Of a stretch of 57,705 nt of DNA, positions 18,786 through 26,493 are shown piece by piece. Below the pieces are notes generated by a model that searched no databases, was not told the DNA's origin, and saw only the letters and a program-made list of their open reading frames with translations. The stretch comes from a virus. Lineage: Duplodnaviria; Caudoviricetes. The translations under genes were made by a program, and so were the position numbers. Position 1 is the first letter of the stretch. The number at the start of each line of letters is the position of its first letter. The stretch lies in the IMG/VR virus record IMGVR_UViG_3300042320_001544, positions 1 to 57,705 of that record; one strand, written 5' to 3'.

Positions 18786-19207
18786 AATTTGGTGCAGGCA
18801 GAGTCCAAGGTGCCAGCGAGGTAGGCGTCAATTGTTCGTCTCGCGTGATCAAAACCGTGGCAGACCGAAACGGCGTAGCCAGCCGCCGCGAGTCGATCCT
18901 GCCAGCCCGTTTGCTCAGGGCTCACTCGCCCGCCCTTGGCGCGCTTCATCTCGACGAACAGCCCCGGCCTACCGCCGGCGCACCATGCCAAAAACAAATC
19001 AGGAACGCCGGCGCTCGTGCCCTCGGCCTTCAGCCGTCTGGCCGTTAACAGGTGACGGGCTCCACCATTCGGAATGGCAAACAAATTGCCCCAAGCCGGC
19101 ACCGTGCGCGCCCTCGATCTCGCCCAGATCATGAGCGCCACCTGCTCGGTGTGCTCAGTCGGCCCTTGGCCGGGCTTGATGGGTTTGCGGAAGGGTGTTT
19201 TTTTCAT
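18782..19207 (-). CDS. VRR-NUC domain nuclease
   Basis: EH.EQ...FAIPNGG.R...LKAEG..AGVPDLFL...LFVEMKR.KGGRVSPEQ..W. Confidence 0.9.
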   Translation of the reverse strand: MKKTPFRKPIKPGQGPTEHTEQVALMIWARSRARTVPAWGNLFAIPNGGARHLLTARRLKAEGTSAGVPDLFLAWCAGGRPGLFVEMKRAKGGRVSPEQTGWQDRLAAAGYAVSVCHGFDHARRTIDAYLAGTLDSACTKL

Positions 19208-19515
19208 CAGGCTTGGCGTTTGATGTTCTCCATTTCAATGGCAGCCACGAGGCAGCGCCGATCTCCATAAACCGACCTCCACGCCACAGGGTCCGGCGGT
19301 TCCTTTTGAATTGTGAGACTGGCCACCCTTGCCATGAGGCGATTCTTTTTCCCGTAGCCCAGCGATAACACCACCGCCCGGCCGGGAATCACGGTGTTTT
19401 GATTCCATCTCGGGCCAAAAGGGCGATATTCAGTAGTTTTAGAGCCATCTTCAAAGGCAAGGAAATGCTCCTTTTTCAGCGGCACGAACAAAGCGGTGCG
19501 CGGTGTTTTTTTCAT
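19207..19515 (-). CDS. ASCH domain protein
   Basis: LKKEHF.A..DGSKTTEYR...RW; start 19515 overlaps the upstream stop (ATGA). Confidence 0.8.
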   Translation of the reverse strand: MKKTPRTALFVPLKKEHFLAFEDGSKTTEYRPFGPRWNQNTVIPGRAVVLSLGYGKKNRLMARVASLTIQKEPPDPVAWRSVYGDRRCLVAAIEMENIKRQA

Positions 19516-19850
19516 GCGCACCAATCGGTAAAAGTGAACATCGGCGCGCCGGTGAGGATCTCGCCGGCTTGCTCCAGGGACTCGTGAGCTTTCACGGTTG
19601 GAACCAGCAGCATGGCATCCACCCAAAGCGGAAAAACCAACTGCTTCGAAATCACCTGCATCACCGCTTCCGCCTCGGCGATGATTTCAGCCTGCCCAGA
19701 TTCACCCAGGGCATCGAACGGCACCGGATTCCGGCTGCCGTCGGGCATCGTCTCATGGATGGCCTTGGCCACCTGATATTTCAGTTCGCCATTGGTGTGC
19801 TGGCTGCCGCCCTTGGTGGCGGGTTTCGGGTCCGTCGTTTTAATAGCCAT
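19512..19850 (-). CDS. Hypothetical protein
   Basis: 112-aa ORF, translationally coupled to the ASCH gene. Confidence 0.65.
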   Translation of the reverse strand: MAIKTTDPKPATKGGSQHTNGELKYQVAKAIHETMPDGSRNPVPFDALGESGQAEIIAEAEAVMQVISKQLVFPLWVDAMLLVPTVKAHESLEQAGEILTGAPMFTFTDWCA

Positions 19851-19906
19851 GTGTAAAGGCGTGCCGGGATAACCCGCCCGGCGTCGGGGTGTTGGGTTGG
19901 GGTCAA

Positions 19907-20806
19907 TTAACGGCCCGAGGCGCTGGCATTCACCGTGGACGGGGCACCGGTGCCAAAGCCCACGGGCAGCGGCTTGGTTTCCACATCGATGATCCTCGGC
20001 GCGTCAGGCTTGGTCAGGGAGGGGTCGCCGCGCACGATCAGCGCCTCGGTAAATTCCTCTGCCACCCTGAAATCATTGAGCCGTTGCTCAACGTCTGCCA
20101 CCGCCTCCCTTACGATCTGAGTCAGCGCATGGCAAAGCAGTGTAAACACCACCTTGCCGCCCGTAACCTTGGTGCGCAGCGTAATCTCCAACCGGTGATC
20201 AGGCTGGCCTTGGAAGATCGGACACATGATTGAGAGCGAACGCGGAACCACTGTCGAACCTTCGGCGGCGTCGGTTTCATAGCACAGGGAGCCGGTGCCG
20301 TTAGCCTGATTGACCACACTCTTGAACCGCGTCACCTCGATTTGCTGAAATGCCTCGACCACCGATACCAAGGCGGCCGCCTCAACAAACAGGTAGGCGT
20401 GTTGGTCAATGAAGTCCAAGAACTCGGCTTGCAACTGAGGTTTGCCCAGCACACCCGCCAAGGGTGCAAACTCGTCGGAATACTCCAAGACCAGTGTGGC
20501 CACATGGCTGTTGGTGTTGACGGGTTCTTTTGGTCCCGAGGGCGTGTGATCCAGCACCGCCGTGATGGTGTTGGCCTTGCTGTTGATGTAAACAGCCAGC
20601 GTGCTGCCGTTGCCTTTCACATAATAGCGCAGGTAGGCTTCCAGTGCGGTGATGTCAGCCACCTTCACCGACTGCCGGAGCGTCTTTGGCAAAGTCTCTG
20701 GAATAAACACCTTCGCGGCATACCCAGGAGGCAAAGCCAACGCTAGCGGGTTTTGACCGTATTCGGACAAGATGAGTTCGTGATTTTCGTCAAAATGGGG
20801 GATCAT
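19907..20806 (-). CDS. DUF2303 (YfdQ-like) family protein
   Basis: ITAVLDH...H.ATL.L..S.EF...Q.EF.DFI...F.S.V.Q.NG...PIFQG...LR pattern. Confidence 0.8.
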   Translation of the reverse strand: MIPHFDENHELILSEYGQNPLALALPPGYAAKVFIPETLPKTLRQSVKVADITALEAYLRYYVKGNGSTLAVYINSKANTITAVLDHTPSGPKEPVNTNSHVATLVLEYSDEFAPLAGVLGKPQLQAEFLDFIDQHAYLFVEAAALVSVVEAFQQIEVTRFKSVVNQANGTGSLCYETDAAEGSTVVPRSLSIMCPIFQGQPDHRLEITLRTKVTGGKVVFTLLCHALTQIVREAVADVEQRLNDFRVAEEFTEALIVRGDPSLTKPDAPRIIDVETKPLPVGFGTGAPSTVNASASGR

Positions 20807-20845
20807 AGAATTGAGTTTAAAATTGAAGATTGACGGATTGAATGA

Positions 20846-21220
20846 TTAGAGTTCAGCCGGGAACGGGGGTTTTCCCTGCGCCGCGTCCAGCACTTCGTCC
20901 ATCTGGTATTGGTCCGGGTCGTGCTGGCCCAGCCTGCCGTTTTCATCCGCGAACAGTTTGCTCGCAGGCCGTGGGTTCTTTGGCTTCTTGGCGGAGACAT
21001 CCACCTTGATGGCCACCGCCTTGCCTTGCCCGGCTACGGAAATGGTCACTTTCAGTTCGCCTTTGCCGCCGTTTTCACGCACCGCCTGCACTACGGCTTT
21101 CAGTTCGTCGCTTGCTTCGGCAAGCACATCGCCATTCTGGTACAGTTTCAAAGCCTCCACAAAGGGACGCTCCGCGTGGGCAATGTTGAGCCCCATTGGG
21201 GGAATTGTTTTTTTAGCCAT
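20846..21220 (-). CDS. YfdP-like partner of DUF2303
   Basis: F...L....NG....EASDEL..VV.AV.E.G.KG.L..TI...LFADENG.L...DP.Q; usual upstream neighbour of DUF2303. Confidence 0.7.
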   Translation of the reverse strand: MAKKTIPPMGLNIAHAERPFVEALKLYQNGDVLAEASDELKAVVQAVRENGGKGELKVTISVAGQGKAVAIKVDVSAKKPKNPRPASKLFADENGRLGQHDPDQYQMDEVLDAAQGKPPFPAEL

Positions 21221-21292
21221 GGTCTTGGATTTTTGGTTTTGGGGTTGAGGCTCGATGCCAGCCGGATTTCGCCGGCATCGAGCCAAGGGGTG

Positions 21293-21634
21293 TTACTCAG
21301 TCACAGGCGCGACCTCAGCTACGGTGGGCAGCATTGGTTCATTGGCCGGCATGCCCTCGCTGGCGCTTGCCTCCTCTGGCGGTGTATCAGCCGGATCTGG
21401 CTGAGGCTCCGCAACCAGCACTGGCTTCACGGCCTCAATGGCGGCAAACTCGCTCAAAAGAGCGGAGATTTGCTCCGTTTCGTCGGCGCTTGGGGTCTGG
21501 GTGCGTGCTGCTGCCAGTTCGGCATTCAGCGTGGTCACCTGCGCTTGCAAGGCTTCAATTTGCTCCTTTTCGGCCGGGTCGGCTTTGAGGAGTTCCAGCC
21601 CGAGCTGGAGGTATTTGATCAGTGTTCTGAACAT
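21293..21634 (-). CDS. Acidic coiled-coil hypothetical protein
   Basis: 113-aa ORF on the coding strand. Confidence 0.65.
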   Translation of the reverse strand: MFRTLIKYLQLGLELLKADPAEKEQIEALQAQVTTLNAELAAARTQTPSADETEQISALLSEFAAIEAVKPVLVAEPQPDPADTPPEEASASEGMPANEPMLPTVAEVAPVTE

Positions 21635-21708
21635 ATGATGTTGTCTTTTTGGTTTTGGTTTATCTCCCCGATCTCAGGCACCGTGCCCGAGGGGTCAGGG
21701 AAAAGGGA

Positions 21709-21948
21709 TTAGGCCACAAAGGCGCGGCGGTCGCCGGCGGCGTGGCGTTGGCGATTGTGCTTCCGCCTCTGGCGTTGATTCGGGCGCTTCCACTGCTCGC
21801 CTTCGGTAGCCGCCATCATCAGCATGCGCTGGGCTTCCATGGGGTTGTTCTGCAACCAGCAGATTCGCGCTTGCGTCATGCAGCGCGCTGGGGTGAGGTG
21901 ATGCAGGCTTAGGGCGGCCGTCATCAATGCTAGTCCGTGGGGTTTCAT
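21709..21948 (-). CDS. Hypothetical basic protein
   Basis: ATG at 21948 overlaps the stop of the upstream HTH gene. Confidence 0.5.
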   Translation of the reverse strand: MKPHGLALMTAALSLHHLTPARCMTQARICWLQNNPMEAQRMLMMAATEGEQWKRPNQRQRRKHNRQRHAAGDRRAFVA

Positions 21949-22226
21949 CAGGCGGGGTGTTGGGTGTGGGGTTTTAAGGGCCGGAGAATTTCCGGGAATT
22001 TGTGTTTGAGGTAACGGCGCACGCCGTCGGCGCGGAAATACTTGGCCTTGCACCCGGCACGACGCTCTGGAGCCGGCAGCAGCCCCGATTTGATGTCGGC
22101 GTGGATCGTGTAGCGGGTGCGGCGCACCAGCGCGCACAGTTCGGGTGTGCTCATGTCTCGGAGGTCAATCACAGCCCCGCCCCTCCCAAGCCCAAAGCCC
22201 ACAAAAGCGCCGGCGTCAGTTTCCAA
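21948..22226 (-). CDS. Excisionase/AlpA-like HTH protein
   Basis: MSTPELCALVRRTRYTIHADIKSGLLPAP...YFRADGVRRYL. Confidence 0.75.
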   Translation of the reverse strand: METDAGAFVGFGLGRGGAVIDLRDMSTPELCALVRRTRYTIHADIKSGLLPAPERRAGCKAKYFRADGVRRYLKHKFPEILRPLKPHTQHPA

Positions 22227-22303
22227 CTGAGCACGAGCGCCACGAGGTAGGCGATCACGATATGAATAGGTTTCAGCGTCATAAAAAGAGCGGTCAGGGT
22301 CAA

Positions 22304-22483
22304 TTATTCAGTCGGGTAAACCGGCCAATCCTTCACCGTGAGCCAGATCATCCAGAAGGTGAAGAAGAACACGACCACCGCCGCTATCAGGCAGTGGAGC
22401 ACATGCCTCCATCCCCGGATCTGCTCCTGCCGTTCCAAGAGGTGATAAAATTCCATCAGTTGCTGTTCCAGTGTCTTTTTCAT
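22304..22483 (-). CDS. Small membrane protein
   Basis: MKKTLEQQ...CLIAAVVVFFFTFWMIWL single TM helix; overlapped by the methyltransferase tail. Confidence 0.55.
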   Translation of the reverse strand: MKKTLEQQLMEFYHLLERQEQIRGWRHVLHCLIAAVVVFFFTFWMIWLTVKDWPVYPTE

Positions 22484-23759
22484 AAGTTGGGGGGTTGGGG
22501 GTGGTGGGGTGGTCGCGGTTGAGGTCGGCGATGCGTTGGCCGATCCAGCGCATGACGGGGACGGCCATGCTGTTGCCGAGTGCTTTGTAGCGGGGGCCAT
22601 CGGGGGCGGTCTTCCCGCGCCAAGGGACAAGGGTGTGATCGTCAGGAAACCCTTGGAGCCGCTCGCACTCCCGAGGGGTGAGGCGCCGGACTTGCATTTG
22701 CTGGCGGATGTAGCTCGTTTGCTTCATGCCCGGTTCAGCGGCGAGCGCACCGACAACTTGCATCTCCCTCAGTTCGTCACGGGTGTTTTGGGCGAAGGCT
22801 ACGGCGGGAGGATTCCCGCTTGATCCCCCGCTGCCAATTTTGATTGGCACCGACGATCCATCTGTCTGGATGTTGTCGCAGTAGCTTTCGTTTGAGTAGA
22901 ACGAGATCGGCACAAGTGGCGTGCCGCGGCCCGTGCCATCCTCGCTTGCGTCAAAGCCTTCGCCCCGCAGTGTGTGCGCGACGAGATCCGTCGCGTCTTT
23001 GTAGTCACGCATTTTGAGCGTGGAGGCGGAGTCGTCGCACTCGTATTCACCGAAGGCGACCATCCTTGCGGTGATGACTTCGGGGATCACGCAGTCTTGT
23101 CCTCGGGTGTCTCCGGTGCGCTCAAACCCTCGGCGACTTGCTGTAAGGCAAGGTGCAAGGTCGTAGGCAGATCCTTGCCTCTTTTCTCGGCTCGGCGCAG
23201 GATCCCCGCGCAGGCTCTCGCGCTCAAATAAAACTGCGGCGGCACGACGCCAGTCTCCAAGGTGTCCGACAACGAACACACGGCGGCGGCGCTGGGCCAC
23301 TCCGAAGTATTGAGCGTCAAGAACGCGGTAGGCGGTCCCATACCCGAGTTCCCCCAGCCCTCCAAGGAAGGCTCCAAAAGCCCCTGTTTGGTCTGACAGA
23401 ACGCCGGGGACGTTCTCCCAGACCAGCCACTCGGGGAGATAGCGTGCAAGGAGAGCCAGAAACGTGAGGGTGAGGTTCCCTCGAGGGTCAGCAAGCCCTT
23501 TGCGAAGTCCGGCAACGGAGAAGGCTTGGCAGGGGGTGCCGCCGACGATGAGGTGAGGTCGAAGAGTGTCTGGCCATTCATGGTATTGTGTCATGTCGCC
23601 TAGGTTAGGAACCTCCGGCCAGTGATGGGCGAGCACGGCGGAAGGGAATTTTTCAATCTCGGCAAAACCACACGGCACCCACCCGAGCGGCTCCCACGCG
23701 ACGGAAGCGGCCTCAATGCCGGAGCAGATGGAGAGGTAGGTGAAGGGGGTGAGGTTCAT
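22308..23759 (-). CDS. dcm: DNA (cytosine-5)-methyltransferase
   Basis: Motif I CSGIEA, IV GTPCQAFS, VI WENVPG, VIII AQRRRR, IX RRLTPRECERLQGFPD, X LGNSMAVPV. Confidence 0.95.
   Translation of the reverse strand: MNLTPFTYLSICSGIEAASVAWEPLGWVPCGFAEIEKFPSAVLAHHWPEVPNLGDMTQYHEWPDTLRPHLIVGGTPCQAFSVAGLRKGLADPRGNLTLTFLALLARYLPEWLVWENVPGVLSDQTGAFGAFLGGLGELGYGTAYRVLDAQYFGVAQRRRRVFVVGHLGDWRRAAAVLFERESLRGDPAPSREKRQGSAYDLAPCLTASRRGFERTGDTRGQDCVIPEVITARMVAFGEYECDDSASTLKMRDYKDATDLVAHTLRGEGFDASEDGTGRGTPLVPISFYSNESYCDNIQTDGSSVPIKIGSGGSSGNPPAVAFAQNTRDELREMQVVGALAAEPGMKQTSYIRQQMQVRRLTPRECERLQGFPDDHTLVPWRGKTAPDGPRYKALGNSMAVPVMRWIGQRIADLNRDHPTTPNPPTYEKDTGTATDGILSPLGTAGADPGMEACAPLPDSGGGRVLLHLLDDLAHGEGLAGLPD
23087..23581 (-). 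CDS. Nested alternative-frame ORF resembling the M.EcoHK31I beta polypeptide
   Basis: WGNSGM...TLNTSEWPS.A.VCSLSD.LET...FYLS..AC.GILRRAEKRGK.LP..L..AL, wholly inside dcm. Confidence 0.6.
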   Translation of the reverse strand: MNGQTLFDLTSSSAAPPAKPSPLPDFAKGLLTLEGTSPSRFWLSLHAISPSGWSGRTSPAFCQTKQGLLEPSLEGWGNSGMGPPTAFLTLNTSEWPSAAAVCSLSDTLETGVVPPQFYLSARACAGILRRAEKRGKDLPTTLHLALQQVAEGLSAPETPEDKTA

Positions 23760-23766
23760 GGGGTAA

Positions 23767-24000
23767 TTAAGCCGCCCGCTTTGGCCGCACCTCCACCACC
23801 GGCCGGCGTTTCCGCCTCAAACTCGCGCTGATCTTTGCGAGAGCCGCCTCAAACTGCACCTGATAGGCACCGATCACCGCCACGGTCGGGCCTGGAGGAT
23901 TGCGGCTCAGGGCCGCGCGGCTCGTCGCCATGAGCAGTTCGAGAAACTGCCGGTGGGCAGACGGGTCAAGGCGTTGCGGTGCGTGAGTAGGGGCAGGCAT
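23767..24000 (-). CDS. First gene of the lytic operon (Cro position), hypothetical
   Basis: Divergent from the repressor across an AT-rich spacer; no clear HTH. Confidence 0.55.
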   Translation of the reverse strand: MPAPTHAPQRLDPSAHRQFLELLMATSRAALSRNPPGPTVAVIGAYQVQFEAALAKISASLRRKRRPVVEVRPKRAA

Positions 24001-24094
24001 AAATAAAATTGGGGGTTTGCCTATTAAATGGTCTTTTCCCAATTTGGCAAGAAATAAATTTGCATTTGTTCATTCATTTGGTATTTTCCCAAGC
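24001..24094. promoter_or_regulatory. Divergent lysis/lysogeny control region
   Basis: AT-rich; plus strand ttgcat (24060-65), 16 nt, extended -10 tg-g-tatttt (24079-87); ttttcccaa occurs twice. Confidence 0.6.
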
Positions 24095-24508
24095 ATGACA
24101 TCCACTCACCTTTCTTCCGCTCTGCAATACTGGCTCGATGCCGGCCACACCCAAAAAGAGTTCGTCGAGGCGACCAGCATCGATGCCGGCACTTGCTCCC
24201 TTATTTTCAGGGGTCAGCGCGGACTGACGCTTAAACAACGCGCTGCCGTCTACTTTGCGTTTCAGCAACGGCCCGACCTCACCCAGGCACTGGGTTGGCT
24301 CGTCGCCGACCTGCGCGACAACGTGCCCCCCGAGGTCACCGAATTTATTCAGGTGCGCCTCACTGATTCACCGGCCGTCCGCGAAGGCCGCAAATTATCG
24401 CCGAAAGACGCCGCCGTTGAGCGGTTCATAGAGTTGCTGCGCGCCGATGATCCCAGCACCGTAGATTTGGTGCTCAGCCTCGATGCGTTCCGGCACCCGC
24501 ACAAATAA
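24095..24508 (+). CDS. XRE-family HTH repressor
   Basis: TQKEFVEATSIDAGTCSLIFRGQRGLT HTH; divergent from the lytic operon, upstream of attP/int; no S24 peptidase domain. Confidence 0.75.
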   Translation: MTSTHLSSALQYWLDAGHTQKEFVEATSIDAGTCSLIFRGQRGLTLKQRAAVYFAFQQRPDLTQALGWLVADLRDNVPPEVTEFIQVRLTDSPAVREGRKLSPKDAAVERFIELLRADDPSTVDLVLSLDAFRHPHK

Positions 24509-24559
24509 TGGCACCACTCTGCTAACCGACTCTGACAACCCCATTAATTGACACACCCT

Positions 24560-24964
24560 ATGCAAAACACCAATCAACCAAATTCGGCGCTTTCTCCGTT
24601 CGCCGCCAGAATGCTTGCCGCTCTCCAAAAACTGACGCTAGAATGCGAGCCACATCCCTGTGGAGGCTTCACGTCAGACGATATGCAATGGCGGATGGGC
24701 ACGGCATTCACGCCAGACAAAACACTCTGGGAGACGCTCGACGAACTAACGACCGCTCGTCTGATCCGCCACTGTGGGGACGACGATGAGGACGCCATCG
24801 GCACCTGCTACGAGCTTCTGCCGCCCCACGCTCTGGTTTCGGCCCCTGCCCACCCATTGCCCACAAGCCAGCTAAACTGTTTATTTTTAGATCCAACTCA
24901 GAAGACTCTTAATCTTTTGGTCGAAGGTTCGAATCCTTCCGGGGGTACCACTCTTTTGGGGTGA
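24560..24964 (+). CDS. Hypothetical protein, possible winged helix; 3' end overlaps attP
   Basis: MLAAL...FTSDDM...LWETLDELTTARLIRH...CYEL. Confidence 0.5.
   Translation: MQNTNQPNSALSPFAARMLAALQKLTLECEPHPCGGFTSDDMQWRMGTAFTPDKTLWETLDELTTARLIRHCGDDDEDAIGTCYELLPPHALVSAPAHPLPTSQLNCLFLDPTQKTLNLLVEGSNPSGGTTLLG
24901..24950 (+). mobile_element. attP: attP core: 3' half of tRNA-Lys(CTT)
   Basis: Anticodon arm aaga-ctCTTaa-tctt, T-arm gaagg-ttcgaat-ccttc, cgggggt-a-CCA; no 5' half; 75 bp upstream of the integrase. Confidence 0.88.
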
Positions 24965-25025
24965 TTGCCCAGTGTGGCGTTGATTTGGTGTTGTGTTGGT
25001 GTTGGGGTTGTGTAGAGTTTGACGT

Positions 25026-26165
25026 ATGCCGATTGCCCAACGATTGCCCAACGGAAAACCTGCGCGTAGCCGGGAGGTGGTGACTTTTGAGGGGGTGAAT
25101 TACCCGCTGGTTTTGGAACTGGGGAAAGGGTGGCGGATGAGATCGCGCTCGATTCATCGGCGGGTTGATTATTTTACGGGCACCCTCAACAAGGTCGTGG
25201 CTCGCCGTTTGTGCCTCGCTCATCTGGCGGAATTGAAGACGGGGAAGCCGAGGCCGACCACTCGGACGCTGGAAGATGTCGTTGCGTGTTATCAGTCGAT
25301 GGCCAAGCGAGCCGGCATGGCAACCGAGAAACTGAACATCCGGAGTTTGCGTCAGGTGGTGCAAGCGGTCACCGGAAAAGATTTGCGGCATTATTACCTG
25401 CACGACCTCGGGCCGGACCTGTGGGCGAAGTATCAAGCCATCAAACAGGGGTTGCCTCGGGTGGATCTGTCGATTCGACGAGCGGCACACACGAGCATCA
25501 ACACTTCGGTGCGCGCGGCGGTGTCGCTGTTTATCCCCAAGCTGAGGCCGGGATATGAACGGGCGGGACTGACGATTCCAGCCGACACTTGCTCAGTGCA
25601 ATGGCTCCAGACTCTCAAGCGCCGGCCTGCGGGGTTTCAGGAGGCCGAGATGTTGGCAGCCTGGGCGGGGTTGACTGATCAACGGGCTTTGTGGTTTGCG
25701 GTGGCTCTAGCGCGGTTTGCGGGGCTGCGGAAAGAAGAGATCGGGGGATGCCGCGGCGGTTGGTTGGTGCGGCATGATGGGGTTTGGTGTTTGGAGATCC
25801 GCGACCGGGAAAGCGAAGGATGGTACACCAAGACCGGAGCGCACTATTTTGCGATGATCACTCACCCCGCGCTGATCGAGGCGTTGCAGGCGGTGCCACC
25901 GGACGATTTGGTCATTGGTGCCATTTCAAACCGCACAAATTGGCTGGATCGGGGGCCGCAACAATGGCTCAGGCCGTTCATGGGCTGCCGTGAGGAAATT
26001 TACAGGCCCCTGCACCGGCTCCGCGCGGCTTATCTGGCCAGCATCCAGCGTGAGGCTTTGATAGAGATGCAGCAGGCGGCTACGCGCAAGGCATCCGCTC
26101 AAGCTGGACACACCCAGACGACCACCACCATGCGCCATTACCTTCCTGCCACCATTTCCGCCTGA
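25026..26165 (+). CDS. int: Tyrosine integrase
   Basis: Catalytic residues in AGLRKEEI, TKTG, LHRLR, AGH..T.TT..HY. Confidence 0.92.
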   Translation: MPIAQRLPNGKPARSREVVTFEGVNYPLVLELGKGWRMRSRSIHRRVDYFTGTLNKVVARRLCLAHLAELKTGKPRPTTRTLEDVVACYQSMAKRAGMATEKLNIRSLRQVVQAVTGKDLRHYYLHDLGPDLWAKYQAIKQGLPRVDLSIRRAAHTSINTSVRAAVSLFIPKLRPGYERAGLTIPADTCSVQWLQTLKRRPAGFQEAEMLAAWAGLTDQRALWFAVALARFAGLRKEEIGGCRGGWLVRHDGVWCLEIRDRESEGWYTKTGAHYFAMITHPALIEALQAVPPDDLVIGAISNRTNWLDRGPQQWLRPFMGCREEIYRPLHRLRAAYLASIQREALIEMQQAATRKASAQAGHTQTTTTMRHYLPATISA

Positions 26166-26169
26166 TCTT

Positions 26170-26490
26170 ATGCCTTACAAAGACCCCGAGAAAAGGAAAG
26201 CATGGGACCGTGAGAGATCACGGCGGCGATACATTGAGAATCCCGAGGCTGAGCGTGAGCGCCTGTTTCTGTATTATCAGGAGAACATCGAAAAGCGCCG
26301 GAAGGTGAATGCTCAGGCCGCCCGGAAAGCGGGGAGGAAAGAGAAACCGAAGGGGGCCAAGGCTAAGCCCGAGGTGGTCGTGAGCACTTCGAAACGCTAT
26401 CGGTATTTGAACGGGTTGATCTACTTCACTAGCAAGCGAGGGTTCACGCTAGCTGAAGTGAAGGAGATCCTGAAGGGCTATTCCCCCTAG
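26170..26490 (+). CDS. Basic hypothetical protein
   Basis: MPYKDPEKRKAWDRERSRRRY..NPE...YYQEN.EK helical repeat type N-terminus, no HNH motif. Confidence 0.6.
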   Translation: MPYKDPEKRKAWDRERSRRRYIENPEAERERLFLYYQENIEKRRKVNAQAARKAGRKEKPKGAKAKPEVVVSTSKRYRYLNGLIYFTSKRGFTLAEVKEILKGYSP

Positions 26491-26493
26491 TTT

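Noticed and set aside
24860-24950. Complete phage tRNA-Lys gene
   Set aside because: No D-arm or 5' acceptor strand upstream; only the anticodon arm to CCA is present, as expected for attP
25026-26165. Integron integrase serving the attC array
   Set aside because: No IntI-specific insertion visible, 7.5 kb from the array, and adjacent to a tRNA-type attP
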